In this document: positions 50,754-63,731 of the stretch, piece by piece | Layout: each line of letters begins with the position of its first letter | Numbering within the stretch: the first letter of the stretch is position 1 | Assembly: GCA_017499595.2 (NCBI GenBank) | Contig: CM039001.1 | Span: forward strand, 1,178,001-1,242,000 | Reading direction: 5' to 3' | Length of the DNA: 64,000 bases | DNA from: Psilocybe cubensis | Taxonomy: Eukaryota | The notes under the pieces: generated by a model | Seen by the model: the letters and a program-made list of their open reading frames with translations, nothing else | Databases searched by the model: none | Told to the model about the DNA's origin: nothing | Position numbers and translations under genes: made by a program

Positions 50754-52044
50754 TCAATCGTCTTCTTCGATTTCCCATCCTATTTCTTTACCAGCCCAAA
50801 AGGGTATCAAACTTTCGTTACCCAATACATATTTATCATCGACAATCTTTTTCGATGACGGTCTCCGCAGCTTGATAACTCTGGCCCCCTTACTCTGGTC
50901 TATAGGTTCTTGGTAGAATGCTCTCCCGAATCCACTGACGAAATTTTGCAGCTTGTCGAGTGCTCCAAAAGATTCTAACAAATGGGCCACGAGAGGCAGC
51001 AAAATTGGGGATGTATATACACCCGCTGCGCATGCATGAGTAGGGGTACTGGTAGATTTTGCAGCTGGTGGGTGGGGAGCAGAATCCGAACCAAGGAAAA
51101 ATCGTGGATGGCCTTGACATTGAAAACAGCGTCAGATATATATCGATATGCTTTCCCCTTCAAAATATCCTTCGACTGACCTTCCTTTACGACGTCTCGT
51201 AACGCCTGTCGATCGTCTGGAAACTTTGCGACGGGCTTACAGAAGTTCCACGATTGGCCCGCCCAATCGTCCACAATAAGAGCAAGATGGTGGGCGGTAA
51301 TGCTGCAGGCAACGGTGGGTCCGCATTTTTTTACAGCTTCGACAGCAGCCCGAGTCGTTGCGTGCTCGAGCACGATTCTCAATTTAGGGAATGCATTGTG
51401 AATCTTGAACAAGTGAGGCAAAAAACTGGGCTCTGCGTTCAGTACATGAATATTCTGTGGAAACGACATGAGTGCTGAAGAAATGTCTATTCAAATGCAA
51501 AATACTAGCCGCCTCTGCGTCTGACGGTACTTCACCGTGCAAATTCAAAACCATGTCGACTTGTTGCATCGCTTCGAATATGGGATAGTAAGTCTCATAT
51601 GATTCAATTCCTCCGTCAGAATTGGTCGTTACTCCACGGGGGTACGATTTAACGCCTATAATTCACGGTCATAAATAATAATGCGTCTGGAAAAGAGAGA
51701 AGAACTCACCTGCAATGCCTGCTTGTTTTGCCTTCCTGATCTCATCCGGCGTCAGTTCTGGGGAGAGATATAATGTCATCAAATATTTGACATTGGGATC
51801 AATCCTCTCCAGATCGGCTTTATATTGAAGTGCCTGCTCAGTGGTGGTAACAGGTGGCTTCAAATTTGGCTTCGAGGAGTCAAAGTCTCAATACAGGATG
51901 AGGAATTCGGAGATTATCCATGCCCACCATGACATAGGCAACGTCAAATCCTCCTTTGCGAACATGAGGTGTTATGAGTTCTGAAATGGAACCTTGTCGC
52001 AAATGAACATGAAAATCAGCAGGAGAATTGATAGAGATAGACAT
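50754..52044 (-). CDS. URA4: Dihydroorotase (homodimeric type)
   Basis: 'DFHVHLR', 'MPNL', 'GVKSYPRGVTTNS', 'LNLHGE', 'VLEHATT', 'ITAHH', 'FCKPVAK', 'FLGSDSAPH'. Confidence 0.93.
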
Positions 52045-52327
52045 GTTGGCGAGTCAAGAACAAGTCGGAGCAATAACTCACAAGAACATAAATTTCTTTC
52101 GTCCCTAAAAGGTAAGAGATAAGATGGATGATAGAGACAGTCGCGAGCACGTGACTCAACACGCTGATGGTTGGATTTACGAATGTGGCGACAGGTAATC
52201 AATGTAATTGCAATTTCAACTTGCTCTTTCTCCAACGACCAGTACTAAATACCTCCATTGTCAATAACGCCGCCTTCATCTTGAAAGCTTGCTGAATTCC
52301 GTTTGAGTTTTAAGGTCCATCAGATTC

Positions 52328-55300
52328 ATGGTTGCCGCAGGCTCCATCACCGTTGCAGGTGCTTTGAGCTTACCCTTTGTTCCACTGTTTTGCCTGACCT
52401 AGTTTGCAGTTCGAGTGCGACCGCCAACTCCATCGGAGGCTGCCCGCCTCCCGGAACCCTGCTATGATGAAACATTCAGGGGAGAAGGTGCTCTGTCGAC
52501 TCCTGGAAAAGTTGTCAACACCGCAACTCTGCGAGACATAGTTCAAATTGTTGATGACCGGATCCTGACATTCGACCCCGACGAAAAGGACAGATCCCGT
52601 GCATTTATGGAGCGGGGGTTTATGCCTCCAGGAACTAAACGCTACAAAGACAAACGATTTATGTTTGATCGTGTCTTTGGTCACCACGCACGTCAGGAAG
52701 AAGTATACGAAGCCACAACCAAACCGTTACTACAGGGTCTGCTCGATGGTTACAATGCGACTGTGTTTGCATATGGTGTACGTTATTTACTGTAACTCTC
52801 ATTGAATAGCTCATAATCTTACGCATTTCAGGCAACTGGTTGCGGTAAAACACATACAATCAGCGGCACGGACAACGATCCCGGCATCATCTACCTGACA
52901 ATGGCAGATCTATTCCAACGCATTGAAGACCGGTCAGAAGAATGGAATGTCGAAGTCATGGTCACTTTCTTAGAAATCTACAACGAAGAAATTCGTGATC
53001 TTCTGGCAGAACCAGGGGCACCTACTCAACGCGGTGGACTTTCTATTCGTGAAGATAAAACTGTCAAGGTCGTGGGTTTAGTAGAGTTGAAACCTCGCAC
53101 TGCAGAGGAAGTCAAAGAAATTGTTCTGCAAGGGAATCTTAGGAGAACACAAAGCCCAACGCACGCAAATGAGACGAGCTCCCGTTCTCATGCTGTACTA
53201 CAGGTTCATGTAACACAATCCCCTCGCACAGCCGCTATTACGGAGCAAAGAACCATGGGCACACTCTCAATAATTGATCTCGCCGGTAGTGAACGTGCGG
53301 CAGCAACGATGAATATGGGTCAACGAATGGTTGAAGGTGCCAATATCAACAAGTCATTGCTGGCGCTAGGAAACTGCATCAATGCCTTATGCGAAAGTGG
53401 TGGTGCAATTCGCCACGTACCGTACCGGAACAGCAAGCTCACTCGCTTGCTCAAATTCTCACTTGGCGGTAATTGTAAAACTGTCATGATCGTTTGCGTG
53501 GCTCCTACATCAAATCATTTTGACGATACACACAATACCTTGGTTTACGCAGAGCGCGCCACCAAGATAAAGACGAAAGTTGTAACCCGTAACGTGGTTA
53601 ATGTGGATCGTCATGTTGGGCGATATGTGGAGGCCATTAACCGGCTCAACTTGGAAGTCGCTGAGTTGAAGGAGAAGCTAGCTGGGAAAAGGGGTACCGA
53701 ACAAGAGATGCAAGCTCGAAAGAAGGCAGAATGCAAAGCAGAAATTGAGCGATCGAGAAAGGATGTACATTTTAAGTTGGAGCAAACTAAACCGTCCATT
53801 GTTGATGGTGCCACTTGCTCAGCTAAACTCGAAGTTGCAAAGTTGAAACTCGACGCAATTCAGATTCGTCTCTCCCAGATGGACACAGAAGGCCAGTCCA
53901 GCGCGTCTCAAGCAGAACGGGCGCTACTCAAGGCCTTCAGCGGACCCGAGGAGGAAGTTACCAAACCTGGATCTGTCCTCAACACTCGACTTCAGCGTTC
54001 TTCGAACTCCAGCGCTATGTTCGATGCCACAATGCGTGCAGTTTCTGAAAGAAAGTCCGAGAAACTCGATGACATCGGTCATGAAAATGTAAAACTCGAG
54101 ACTTCGTTTGTTAAAGCAACCATCGACAAGTTAAAGGCTGAAAACGAACGAAACGTCATGCGAGAAGCTGTTGGTGACCTAGCAGATATCACGGTCAAGC
54201 TCATAGGTATGCTTGGTCGGTGTACAGTTGCTGTAGGAGAGGCTTCGCATCTTCTCAGATCATCTCTGGATCAGGATGAAGTGAGAAAAATCGCCAACTC
54301 ATTGGATACCATGAGGAGCAAAAATGATGAAACATTCCAAAAACTTTTGGGTCACTCTACCGAGACTTACCTCGTCAAAGAACGTATTGGATCGTCTCCG
54401 ACTTCGTCTGTGTATGAAAATTTTGAAAACTATGGTGTCACGTTTGGACGAAGGATAAGCTCGGTCCCCTCCGCGCCCCTACCAATCAAATCTGCGCCCA
54501 CTCGAAGGACATCATCCTATGGCAACTTGTCTATCTCTGCATCTCCGCCTCGCCGTTCTCATAAGTCACCCCGCAAGTCTCTTAGGTCTAGTCTAGCCTC
54601 ACAGCCTTATCGACGAGTATCAGATAAGGAGAGGAAAGCTCCAAAATCAGCAAAGAATGTACAGTGGCGAGACGAGGCAGGGCAGGGAGAAATTGACGAT
54701 GGCGGTGACAAGATACTTCCACCTGTTTCACTGAACATTATACCCTCCAGTCCTTCCAATGATATTCCTGCGATCAAATCCGCCCCTCCTCGTGCACCTT
54801 CTCCTCTTCGCCCTCCATCGGTTCTTGGATCTGAAAGCGAGTGGGAAGATGAGAATGAGAAAACGGACGACAGCCTCAGTATGAGCTTTTTTACCTCATC
54901 TACGTCACTTTCGGCAAACTCTGCAGCTTCATCTCGGCCAAAGCGGTCACGTCCAAGCCGCTTGGATCCCAACTTCTTAAAGTCAAAGTCAAAACCATCG
55001 ACGTTAGGAAGCCTTCGAGAAGATGATGAAGGTGTCGTAGAACCCCGAGGATACCCTCTATCGGATATGAATCTCAATCGAGTAGGACCTAATGACGACT
55101 CCGGCTCGAGTGATGGAAACTTACACGTACCTAAAGTACGGGATCGAATAGCTGGATCGCCTAACCGACGAGGCCCTTCAACTGTAAAAACATGCGGAAC
55201 ATTGGGTCCAGCGAACAAAACTTCTAGTAGAAGGCGATCCAATATTGGGCCTGTCCGGAATGAGAAAGTCAGACGTCGTTCGAGCCTGATTCCTCAGATC

Positions 55301-55531
55301 CCCCCTCTTACGGGAGAAGAACTAAGCAAAAGTGGTCCCCGTCGTGTTATTGTACCAGCCAGCCCTGCGCGGCGGTCTAAGCGAACATCCCTAACACGGA
55401 CTTTAACCGCCGGTTTAGCAAAAAACAGAGCAGCGGGGTCACTAAGTACGGCAAATCTATCAACCGTGATGGACCCTAATTCTAGTGTGGACTTGAGCGC
55501 CAGCAGATCCTTCAAACCAACATGGCGCTGA
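52328..55531 (+). CDS. KIP3: Kinesin-8 motor (Kip3/Klp5-6 family)
   Basis: 'VRVRP', 'GYNATVFAYGATGCGKTHT', 'SSRSH', 'DLAGSER', 'EGANINKSLLALGNCINAL', 'HVPYRNSKLTRLLK', 'THNTL'. Confidence 0.93.
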
Positions 55532-56249
55532 GCTGGACCTGGTGAACCTTGTAATTGTATCCACCGTCGATTGTTTATTCTCGCTATTGTTAATTGTTGA
55601 TGTTAGCCCCATATTATGCCTTCATCCGTCCACTTACGACCATCCATGACATTTCGTTATTTAGTTTATGTACTATGCACTTAGCTTTTTCTGTAACCTG
55701 GTTTTCTAATTACCACTGTTGTATACCCTCGGATATAAAAAATTCATGGCGCCTTTAAAACTTCATTTCGTATTATTTGTCTGCATTAGATTGGCCTCTT
55801 GTAAATGTATCTAATCTATGCATGATGCCCGGTGTTAAGTGCTTCAAATGGTTAGTCAAGATTTGAGCTTGCTTCTGGAAGGTATAGCGAACTTATCGGT
55901 TTATAAGCAAAACGTTGATCTACTGTAGAAATTTGAAGAACATATCGGACGAGCCGCTATTCAAATTTACTTGTGACAAGTACTTGGGAAGCGTATTCAT
56001 ATATTTTACGAATTGCTCAAGAATCATCCAGGGTCCATCCTTGGCGCGCAACCATTGTCTATTTATAGATCAGTGCAAGGTTGGCAACTGAAGGACCAAG
56101 TTTGCATGATGTCGGAAGAGGAAGTTTCTACTTTATGGCATTCTGACTAATTTATAGGGCCCCCAAGCTCCCTTTCCGCGCGGGGTAAATATTCGGGTTT
56201 CAAGTCAACTGTGTCTTCATTGCTGACTACATGCCAGCGTCAGAAAGTC

Positions 56250-56256
56250 TATAAAT
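56250..56256 (+). promoter_or_regulatory. Candidate TATA box of the P450 gene
   Basis: TATAAAT ~70 nt upstream of the ATG at 56326. Confidence 0.4.
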
Positions 56257-56325
56257 CCAGGAGTAGTACTCTCAAGCACTCAACCCCTACAGGTCAAGAC
56301 GAACCCTCCCGACTTCGAAATCCAA

Positions 56326-58577
56326 ATGTCTGCGGGGATTTTTCAACTACCCAATAAGGCGTTTATTGATGCTTTACTGTCTCCCATAATTTGTGGCTTG
56401 GTAAACATTTTTTCCTTGATATATTTTGCCCACTCACTGATATGCAGTGACGACTTACAACTACAAATGAAAACTTTTGCTCTAGGCGTTACATCTTTTG
56501 TTCAACAAATTTGAGCAGGAGCATCTCCGTCTCCTAAATTTTGCCTTATTACTTTTTCCTGTTGCCCCCGTGTACATTTTACTGCCTCACTACGGCGACA
56601 CTCTGACTCCTCGAGCTGTTTTGACGGCATATAGTGCAACCTATGCGACACTTCTTTTATCTTTGATCCTCTATCGACTATCACCATTACACCCTCTCTG
56701 GAAGTATCCTGGACCTCTTCTCGCCAAGTGTACCAAGTTTTGGGGAGTCTACCACTCTTCAACAGGACAGTTCCACCGCACCCTCTCTAGCCTTCACCAA
56801 CGTTACGGTCCCATTGTCAGAACAGGTATCTTTTCATCTACATCAAAAACATTCCTGTTAACGATTAAGATTAATTTAAGGCCCAAATGAACTATCCTTC
56901 TGTGATGTCGATGCCATTCAGTCTATACTTGGCGCCGATGGAATGGGCAAAGGACCTGGTAGGTCGATCATTCTGTCTACTAACGCTTCGGCCGGTTTAC
57001 AATGTACCTTTAGTGTGGGATGGGAGACATTCCCCCAAGAGGAAGGAAGTTTCTTTGATAGCGATTCGCGACACTGCTGAGCATCTTCAACGTCGCAAGG
57101 TCTGGAACAGAGCCTTCAATATATCTCGAATCAAGAAATACGAGCCAATCTTACGAGTCCGTGTAGACCAATTAGTAGATTCCCTTCAAGATCTTGCCCT
57201 GAAACATAAGGAGGTGGATATGGCGGAATGGATGTCGCTTTTTGCGTGAGTCGTCTTTCTTTAATTCAAGGCCCTCGTATCTCACTAGTCCAATAGGTAC
57301 GACTTCATGGGAGATATGGCGTTAGTATCTTTGCCTTTCATTTATTTTTGAATTCAAAGACTGAAGGAACGTGAACAGCTTTGGAGGATTCTTTGAATTG
57401 ATGCACGAAGGAGATGTAAACGGGCTCTGGAAGCTCATGGAGACTGGTATTAGGTATTTACGGAAAATGCCTCTAAAATGCTTTTGGTTAAAGAGAGAAC
57501 AAATTCTAGAATGAATGCTTACTCGCAGCATATCCCTTGGGCGGCTTCCATACTATACGCATTGCCAGGGCTGGGGAAAGCATCAACCAAGCTCATAGAT
57601 TTTGCAGTCAAAATGGCGAATAAGCGGATTGAACGGGGTATGGCATATACAGGAGAGGACTTAAGTTCGCATTTGGTAAGGTTCTGGAAAGAAAATTCCT
57701 GTCTTGCTTTGCTGATAGACGGAAATAGCTTGATGAAGTCAGTCCCAGTCCCAAACCTGTACCGTTTAATGTGTATGCGTCCGACGCACTGTTGGCCCTT
57801 GTCGCTGGGTCAGACACGACAGCTACCACCCTCAGCAATATATTTTTTTATATCCTATCCGAAAAATCATTTTTTGAGAGGTGAAGTTGCATGTTTCACA
57901 AATACGATACCACAATTGATTTGATCATAAGGCTTCGCAATGAAGTCGATGATAACTTCCCAATCAAAGAAGGCCAAGTTCCTGCAGATGATACAACCAA
58001 ACTCTCAAGTATGCCGTACTTGAATGCGGTTATGTAAGTGGCCACTTCATAAGATTTGTCAGTAGTTTACCCTGCTTTATAGTAACGAAGCTTTGCGACT
58101 TCAACCACCTGTCGCCAGCAGCTTACAGCGGGCCCCGGAGACAGGAACCGGAGGGAAGTTAATTGGATCCATGTAGGGAACTGCTGTGACAATGCATAAG
58201 TTATCAATACTAACAAGTTTCATAGCTTTGTACCTGAGGGGACGGGGGTTTATTTGCCTCCGTACGCTATTCATCGCGACGAGCGATATTTTTGTCCAAA
58301 TCCAACTGCCTTCTTTCCTGAAAGGTGGCTTTCAAAAGATTCGAGTATCAAAACGATACATGCAGCATTTATTCCTTATTCTGTTGGGCCCATGAATTGT
58401 GCAGGAAAGCTTTTGGCGCAGTTGGAGTTGCGCGTCGTTGTCGCCACGCTTGTGCAACGGTTTGACATGGATTTAAAACCGGACTGGGATCGCTCGAACT
58501 GGGAGGCAGATTTGCAGGACTTCTTTGTATTGGCGAAGGGAATGTTGCCAGTGATTGTCAAACGCCGTGAAATATAG
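56326..58577 (+). CDS. Cytochrome P450 (motifs resemble the basidiomycete CYP5035-like group)
   Basis: 'HPLWKYPGP', 'YGPIVRTGPNELS', I-helix 'AGSDTT', 'NEALR', 'PERW', heme motif 'FIPYSVGPMNCAG'. Confidence 0.92.
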
Positions 58578-58803
58578 TCGGTCGTTAGATAGATTGTTCC
58601 TTGTGCCCCTTGCTTATTCGTAATCCACCGTAAAAATGAACATAAATGGTGGTTGTCTGCTTTTAAAGTGTGCCGATCATCATATCCTACCTGATGTATG
58701 ACATTGTGTTCTTAATCCAACACTCAATGCAACCAAAAAAATGGCGCTAAACAACTTTTTGCGATAGCAATATTATGGTCTTAGGAGTAGATAGTATAGG
58801 GCC

Positions 58804-59649
58804 CTAAATTACACGTTTGACCTCAAAGAAGGACTACATCCCAACATCAGTGAACTTGCGGGACTACGACGACGATGTGCTTCGCACCTTCAAGTAATAT
58901 ACCTGCCACGCTACCACAGAAAACAGCACAATGGTCTGCAGAATTGACCACCATTTGACACGAGAGTTTGTGGATTCGGCGGTGTTGCGATGGACTCTTT
59001 CGCGGACGACAATGTATTCTTGTTCATCCTTGACTGAAGCTAAACCGGCGGCTAGTTTTCTGATCTCACGTTCAATGGGAGCAACAACATCTGAAAGTAA
59101 GGGGTGTTGTTAAAGGTATAGCATGTAACGATATAATATGCGTACCATCGCCTGAGACATATATGATTCCGTGGACATTGAAGCTGATCAATTTATCAGC
59201 AATAGCACTCATTTGGTTGGAGAAACAGTATTCGTGTCGGCCGTCTATCTCTGCGGTGATAGCCAACTGCCCTGTGGATTGTTTTATTTGCTTGCCAAGT
59301 ACCTTCCCTGTTGGATCCGACAGCTAGGGAACTAGATTGAATGACCGCGAACTTGCCACGGACAGCTGAAGGACAAAAAGCTACTTACCCAGAAATCTAT
59401 ATCCAAATGACCACCTTCTCCGACTTGGTACGTTACAGTCATCTATTTGTATGTTTAGATATGCTATAACAAGACTCTAGACATGTCCTATAAAATGGGA
59501 GTTACTTTGTCATGGACGTGTAGGTCCTCGAAGAAGCATTCCTTCTTTCCTGCTGGGATTTCAATAAGGTGGGCAGATACAATGGTCGGGAGAACGAGAA
59601 GCAATGTCAAGCAGGAATAAAAGAAATGCCGGGTATACAGCCGAGTCAT
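58804..59649 (-). CDS. EMP24: p24/emp24/gp25L cargo receptor (beta type)
   Basis: Signal peptide, 'ECFFE', GOLD domain 'EYCFSN', 'EQEYIVVRERVHRNTAESTNSRV', TM, tail 'FFEVKRVI*'. Confidence 0.9.
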
Positions 59650-59929
59650 TGTGGCGAATTAAGAATAAGTGGAAGGAGTAGTGTCAGGAGGTGAACTTGA
59701 TGAGGACACGTATCGACTTCAAGGCGACAGCATCCGTTGCAAATATTGACTGTTCTATTTTAGGAATGCACTTCCTGGGACGGCCCCCATGGCATGCCAA
59801 GTCGGGGCGTGTTAGCCACTTCAACCGGTCTACACAAACATATGTTATATCCTTCACTCACTTAACCTACTGGTGTGTATAACCGATTGACGCCAAATAA
59901 CTGTATCAAGTCTCTAGCCGGCCTAAAAC

Positions 59930-62341
59930 ATGTGGACGATTCAGCTTACCACTAGGATTGCTGGCAAGCCACCAACAGCGTCAAGGATCAACTATTCGAG
60001 GTTCAATGTTAGGAACCTTCGCACTCAGCCACGAGATGCGGCACCCAACGCAAATGACCAAGAAATGCTCATTGACCCCCCTGGATTTGGTCTTGCAACG
60101 CCCCGTGAGGTCTTGACCTTTCACCATACATGCATATAGCAACCCACTCAACAAGAATACCGACAATAGCTTGTACAATACCTCAATCAATTTGTGATCG
60201 GCCAGGAAAATGCTAAGAAGGTTCTTTCTGTTGCGTACGCAAAGTTATCTTTTGTAAGAGGATCACACCAATGACACCTTGCAGAGTGTTCAACCACTAT
60301 AATCGTGTCAGAGCCAATTTGGGGTATTCTGATCCTGAATGCCACCCAGATCCATATTCTGAGCAAGCCGGACCAGGTCAGATCTTTGGTCGTAATAGGT
60401 AGTGGTATCTAAACTTCTATAGATATACCAATATCCACTGCTCAGTTGCGTCCCTTGAGGAAGCGCATACCTTCCCTTTCATTTCGTAGCCGTGACAGGC
60501 CTGTTTTGTTTGAAAAAAGCAACGTTCTCGTACTGTGCGTGTTATTTCTCCGGCTTCAACCTCCTTTCGCTTTCTGATTAAACCCTTACTCTTTTGACAG
60601 GGGTCCGACTGGTTCTGGTGAATGCTCTGCAATTGAGGTCATAATGTTCCTCAATTGATACTTATTTTGTCAGGAAAAACACTCCTTGCTCGGACACTGG
60701 CGAAGGTTCTTGATGTACCGTTTTCTGTTAGCGATGCTACCTCATTCACCCAGGCGAGTTGCAAGACTATCATTTTCTGTAACCTACTAATATATTACAA
60801 TAACTTAGGCAGGATGTGAGCAATGTAATATAGAAATTGTAGCCTTCAATTGACGTAGTTGCTCTTCCCAGATGTCGGTGAAGATGTGGATATGGCAATT
60901 CAGCGATTGGTAAGTTTCGTCTATCGTCTGTTCACAACCATATCCCACCAACGCTGTTTAGTTGCAAGCAGCTAATTTTGACCCCGTAAGAGCAAGGTAA
61001 CTTCGATGTTTACATTCTTCCTCCAAAAGGCACCACTAAATTCTTCCTTCTTTTCTTCAAGCACGGGGATTGTCTATATTGATGAAGTAGATAAGATTGC
61101 ACGCCGATCAAGCTCTGGTACAGAAGGATCAAGAGACGTCGGAGGGGAAGGCGTTCAGCAATCCTTACTCCGAATGATGGAAGGAGCTGTAGTGACCGTT
61201 CAAGCTAAAGGTGGTGTTTCAGCAGAAATTCCACCTCAGAATTCTGGCGATCCTCATTCCAGAGGAGGGCAAAGGGCAACACAGGCTGCATGTAAGTTTG
61301 ATACTGACAATACTTTGGGTATATCTCATATTCAATATATCTGCAATTTGAGGACAGCTAAACCCGACGTTTACCATATTGATACTTCAAATGTTCTGTT
61401 TATCCTGAGTGGCGCATTTGTTGGATTGGATAAAATCATCAAACAACGTGTTGCCAAGGGGGTCAGTGGTCATACCTTTTTCTGCGCATCTGAGTGCTGA
61501 TTTGAGCAGTCTATCGGGTTTACCGCTAATCTGTCGTCAGATACGTCACTGCCCTTCTTTACTTCCAATCGCAAAGCAACACCCAATCCTCTTGATCTCG
61601 TGGAAACTGGCGGTGCGCAAAAAAACCGTTATCTTAAAATTTCTTCTTTTCTTATTTGCTTTGTTGGGCAGATCTGATCAAATATGGGTGAATATTTGTT
61701 ATTTCTGCTCTTTTGCCTTCAACAGTTCATCTATTTCCCCAAAGATTTATTCCTGAATTTATCTCACGTCTTCCTTCGATCACAACGCTGGCTCCGCTGA
61801 CTATACCTGACCTTCGAAAAATTCTTACGGAAGTGAAGGGTTCTCTTGTTTCACAATACACGGCTCTTTTTGGTTACTCTGGTGTTGAAATTCGCTTCAC
61901 ATCTGCCGCCCTCGACGAGATTTGTAAGAAGGCTTATGAACGTGGTGGTGGTGCGCGTGGATTGCGAGGAATCATGGTAAGCTTTATTTCGACATACTAT
62001 ACAGCAGTGTGAGCAGTTTAGTCAAGCGGTAAATTCAGGAATCTTTACTGTTAGATCCTATGTTTGAAGTACCGTAAGTACCAACAACTTCCTGCGTTAA
62101 AAGCTTCAAATTTACGCATCGAATTCGACCTAACATTGACAGAGGCTCGGTGAGTTTTCTCAATATTAGTTCTGCCGTTGCCTCTGAATAAGACTGTTTC
62201 TCTGTGTAGGATATTTTTCACGTTTTAATCACGGTCAATACTGTAAAAGGAACAGCACCACCAGGATACTGGAAGAAAGGTCAGGCTGTCAAGTTCTGGG
62301 AAGCCTGGGCAACTGAAGAAGGACATTACACCCAACTTTAA
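59930..62341 (+). CDS. CLPX: Mitochondrial ClpX AAA+ chaperone
   Basis: Presequence, '[15 protein letters not shown]', 'EKSNVL.GPTGSGKT', 'TQAGYVGED', 'YIDEVDKI', '[13 protein letters not shown]', 'SIGF', 'PEFISRLP', 'GARGLR'; many short exons. Confidence 0.92.
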
Positions 62342-62625
62342 GGAGATTGGTTCACGGTTGGATCTTTGGGTACTAGACAATCTCTTCGGGTGAATTTGTA
62401 TTTGTACATCTGTAAAATAATCTGACGTTTATAATGTACTCGTTCGATGCATTCAAAGGCGCCGATTTATGGCAGGGTCGCCAAACATTTACAACAACAA
62501 ATTGAACAGTGTTCCATTTTGTATCAGGAATATAAAAGTAGCGAGGACTGTAAGGCAGAAATTTGACGCAGAATGGAGTTGCATTCTACGCGCACACAAA
62601 ACCCCATCGATAACGATGATGGAAC

Positions 62626-63508
62626 TTAATCCTTCTTCGGCTCTTCCTCAGTAGGCTTTTCCTCTTCTGCATTCTCTTTTTCCTCAGTCTTTTCCTCGAC
62701 TTTCTCCTCTTCCTCCTCTTTCGTGGCACCCTCTGTCTGGACTGGGGCTTTGCCACTTAGCGCCAGATTGGTCTTCTGAGCATCTTCGAAGGCAGCCTTG
62801 AAAAGCTTAGCATCTGTTTAGCGAGTTAGAATTGTTGCTGAGTATCTAGATACCAAAATCTCACTCTCGGGATTGGCAAAGCGGATGGCAAGAGTTTCTG
62901 CGGTAGGAGGCTGTTCAGAGTAGTCTGCGGCAACTTTCCAGACCCAGCTCCTGTCAGATCCGACATTGGGTTGCAATCGCATATCACCAGAAACTATGGA
63001 TCGATAAGATAATATATCCAATGATACAATGATAGCGCAGTACTCACTAACGTGGTTTGCGCAAACCTTCAAGGTCTTGTCGCGTCTCATCACAAGTCTG
63101 ACTTTCTTGGTTTCCTTGTGCGAAAGCAGACGAACATCACCAGTTCCGCGCTCCTTCCATTCAGTAGAGTCAGCGTCAAAGCGGAACAGCTTTGCGCGCC
63201 TTTTTTGCGTAAAAATGGCCAGTTGGTTAGTGGCGCTGATTTATCGCGATCGCGTCGATTAAGCTAACGCACATCTTGAAAAGAACTTCCTCATCTTCCT
63301 CATTAGTTTTCGTGTCGACTTGCTCGGTGAGCTTGATTACAGGTTCGAAGTGAACGTCGACCTCATCTTCCTACAAAGCGAGGAGAGTATCGTCAGTAAA
63401 TTTGAAGTACAACAGATATGGAGAAAAGGCCAGAAGCAGGGAGATGATCAAAGAAATGAGATAGAGTATACTTGCCCTAGCGACAATTGCAGAGGTGTTT
63501 TCCGACAT
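62626..63508 (-). CDS. YRB1: Ran-binding protein 1 (Yrb1/RanBP1)
   Basis: 'VHFEPV', 'KMRAKLFRF', 'WKERGTG', '[13 protein letters not shown]', '[11 protein letters not shown]', 'LAIRF'; acidic tail. Confidence 0.95.
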
Positions 63509-63731
63509 GTTGAATCGAGGATCGTATGTATAGTTCGTGAATTAAAGATGAAGATTGCTGCAGATCGCGGAGTCAAGCTGATAGAAAATGTATCTAGACC
63601 GATTAGGACATGACCCCAGAACCCTAATTTGGGGTCTATGCCATTTGCGTCAATGACGACTTATAGTTGTACATAGTCAGCTTAATCAAATTCATACCTA
63701 ACTTCTGACTCGACATTATTTCTTTGGGACA

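Noticed and set aside
9579..58577. Secondary-metabolite cluster (P450, OYE, aminotransferase, reductases)
   Set aside because: The enzymes are scattered among housekeeping genes, with no PKS, NRPS, terpene synthase, RiPP precursor or transporter
56326..58577. P450 pseudogene (fragmented ORF track; heme motif lacks Arg)
   Set aside because: Fragments join in frame through GT-AG introns, and GPxNC-type heme motifs occur in functional fungal P450s
59691..59882. Upstream ORF as ClpX exon 1
   Set aside because: The apparent splice puts it out of frame; ATG 59930 gives a good presequence in frame
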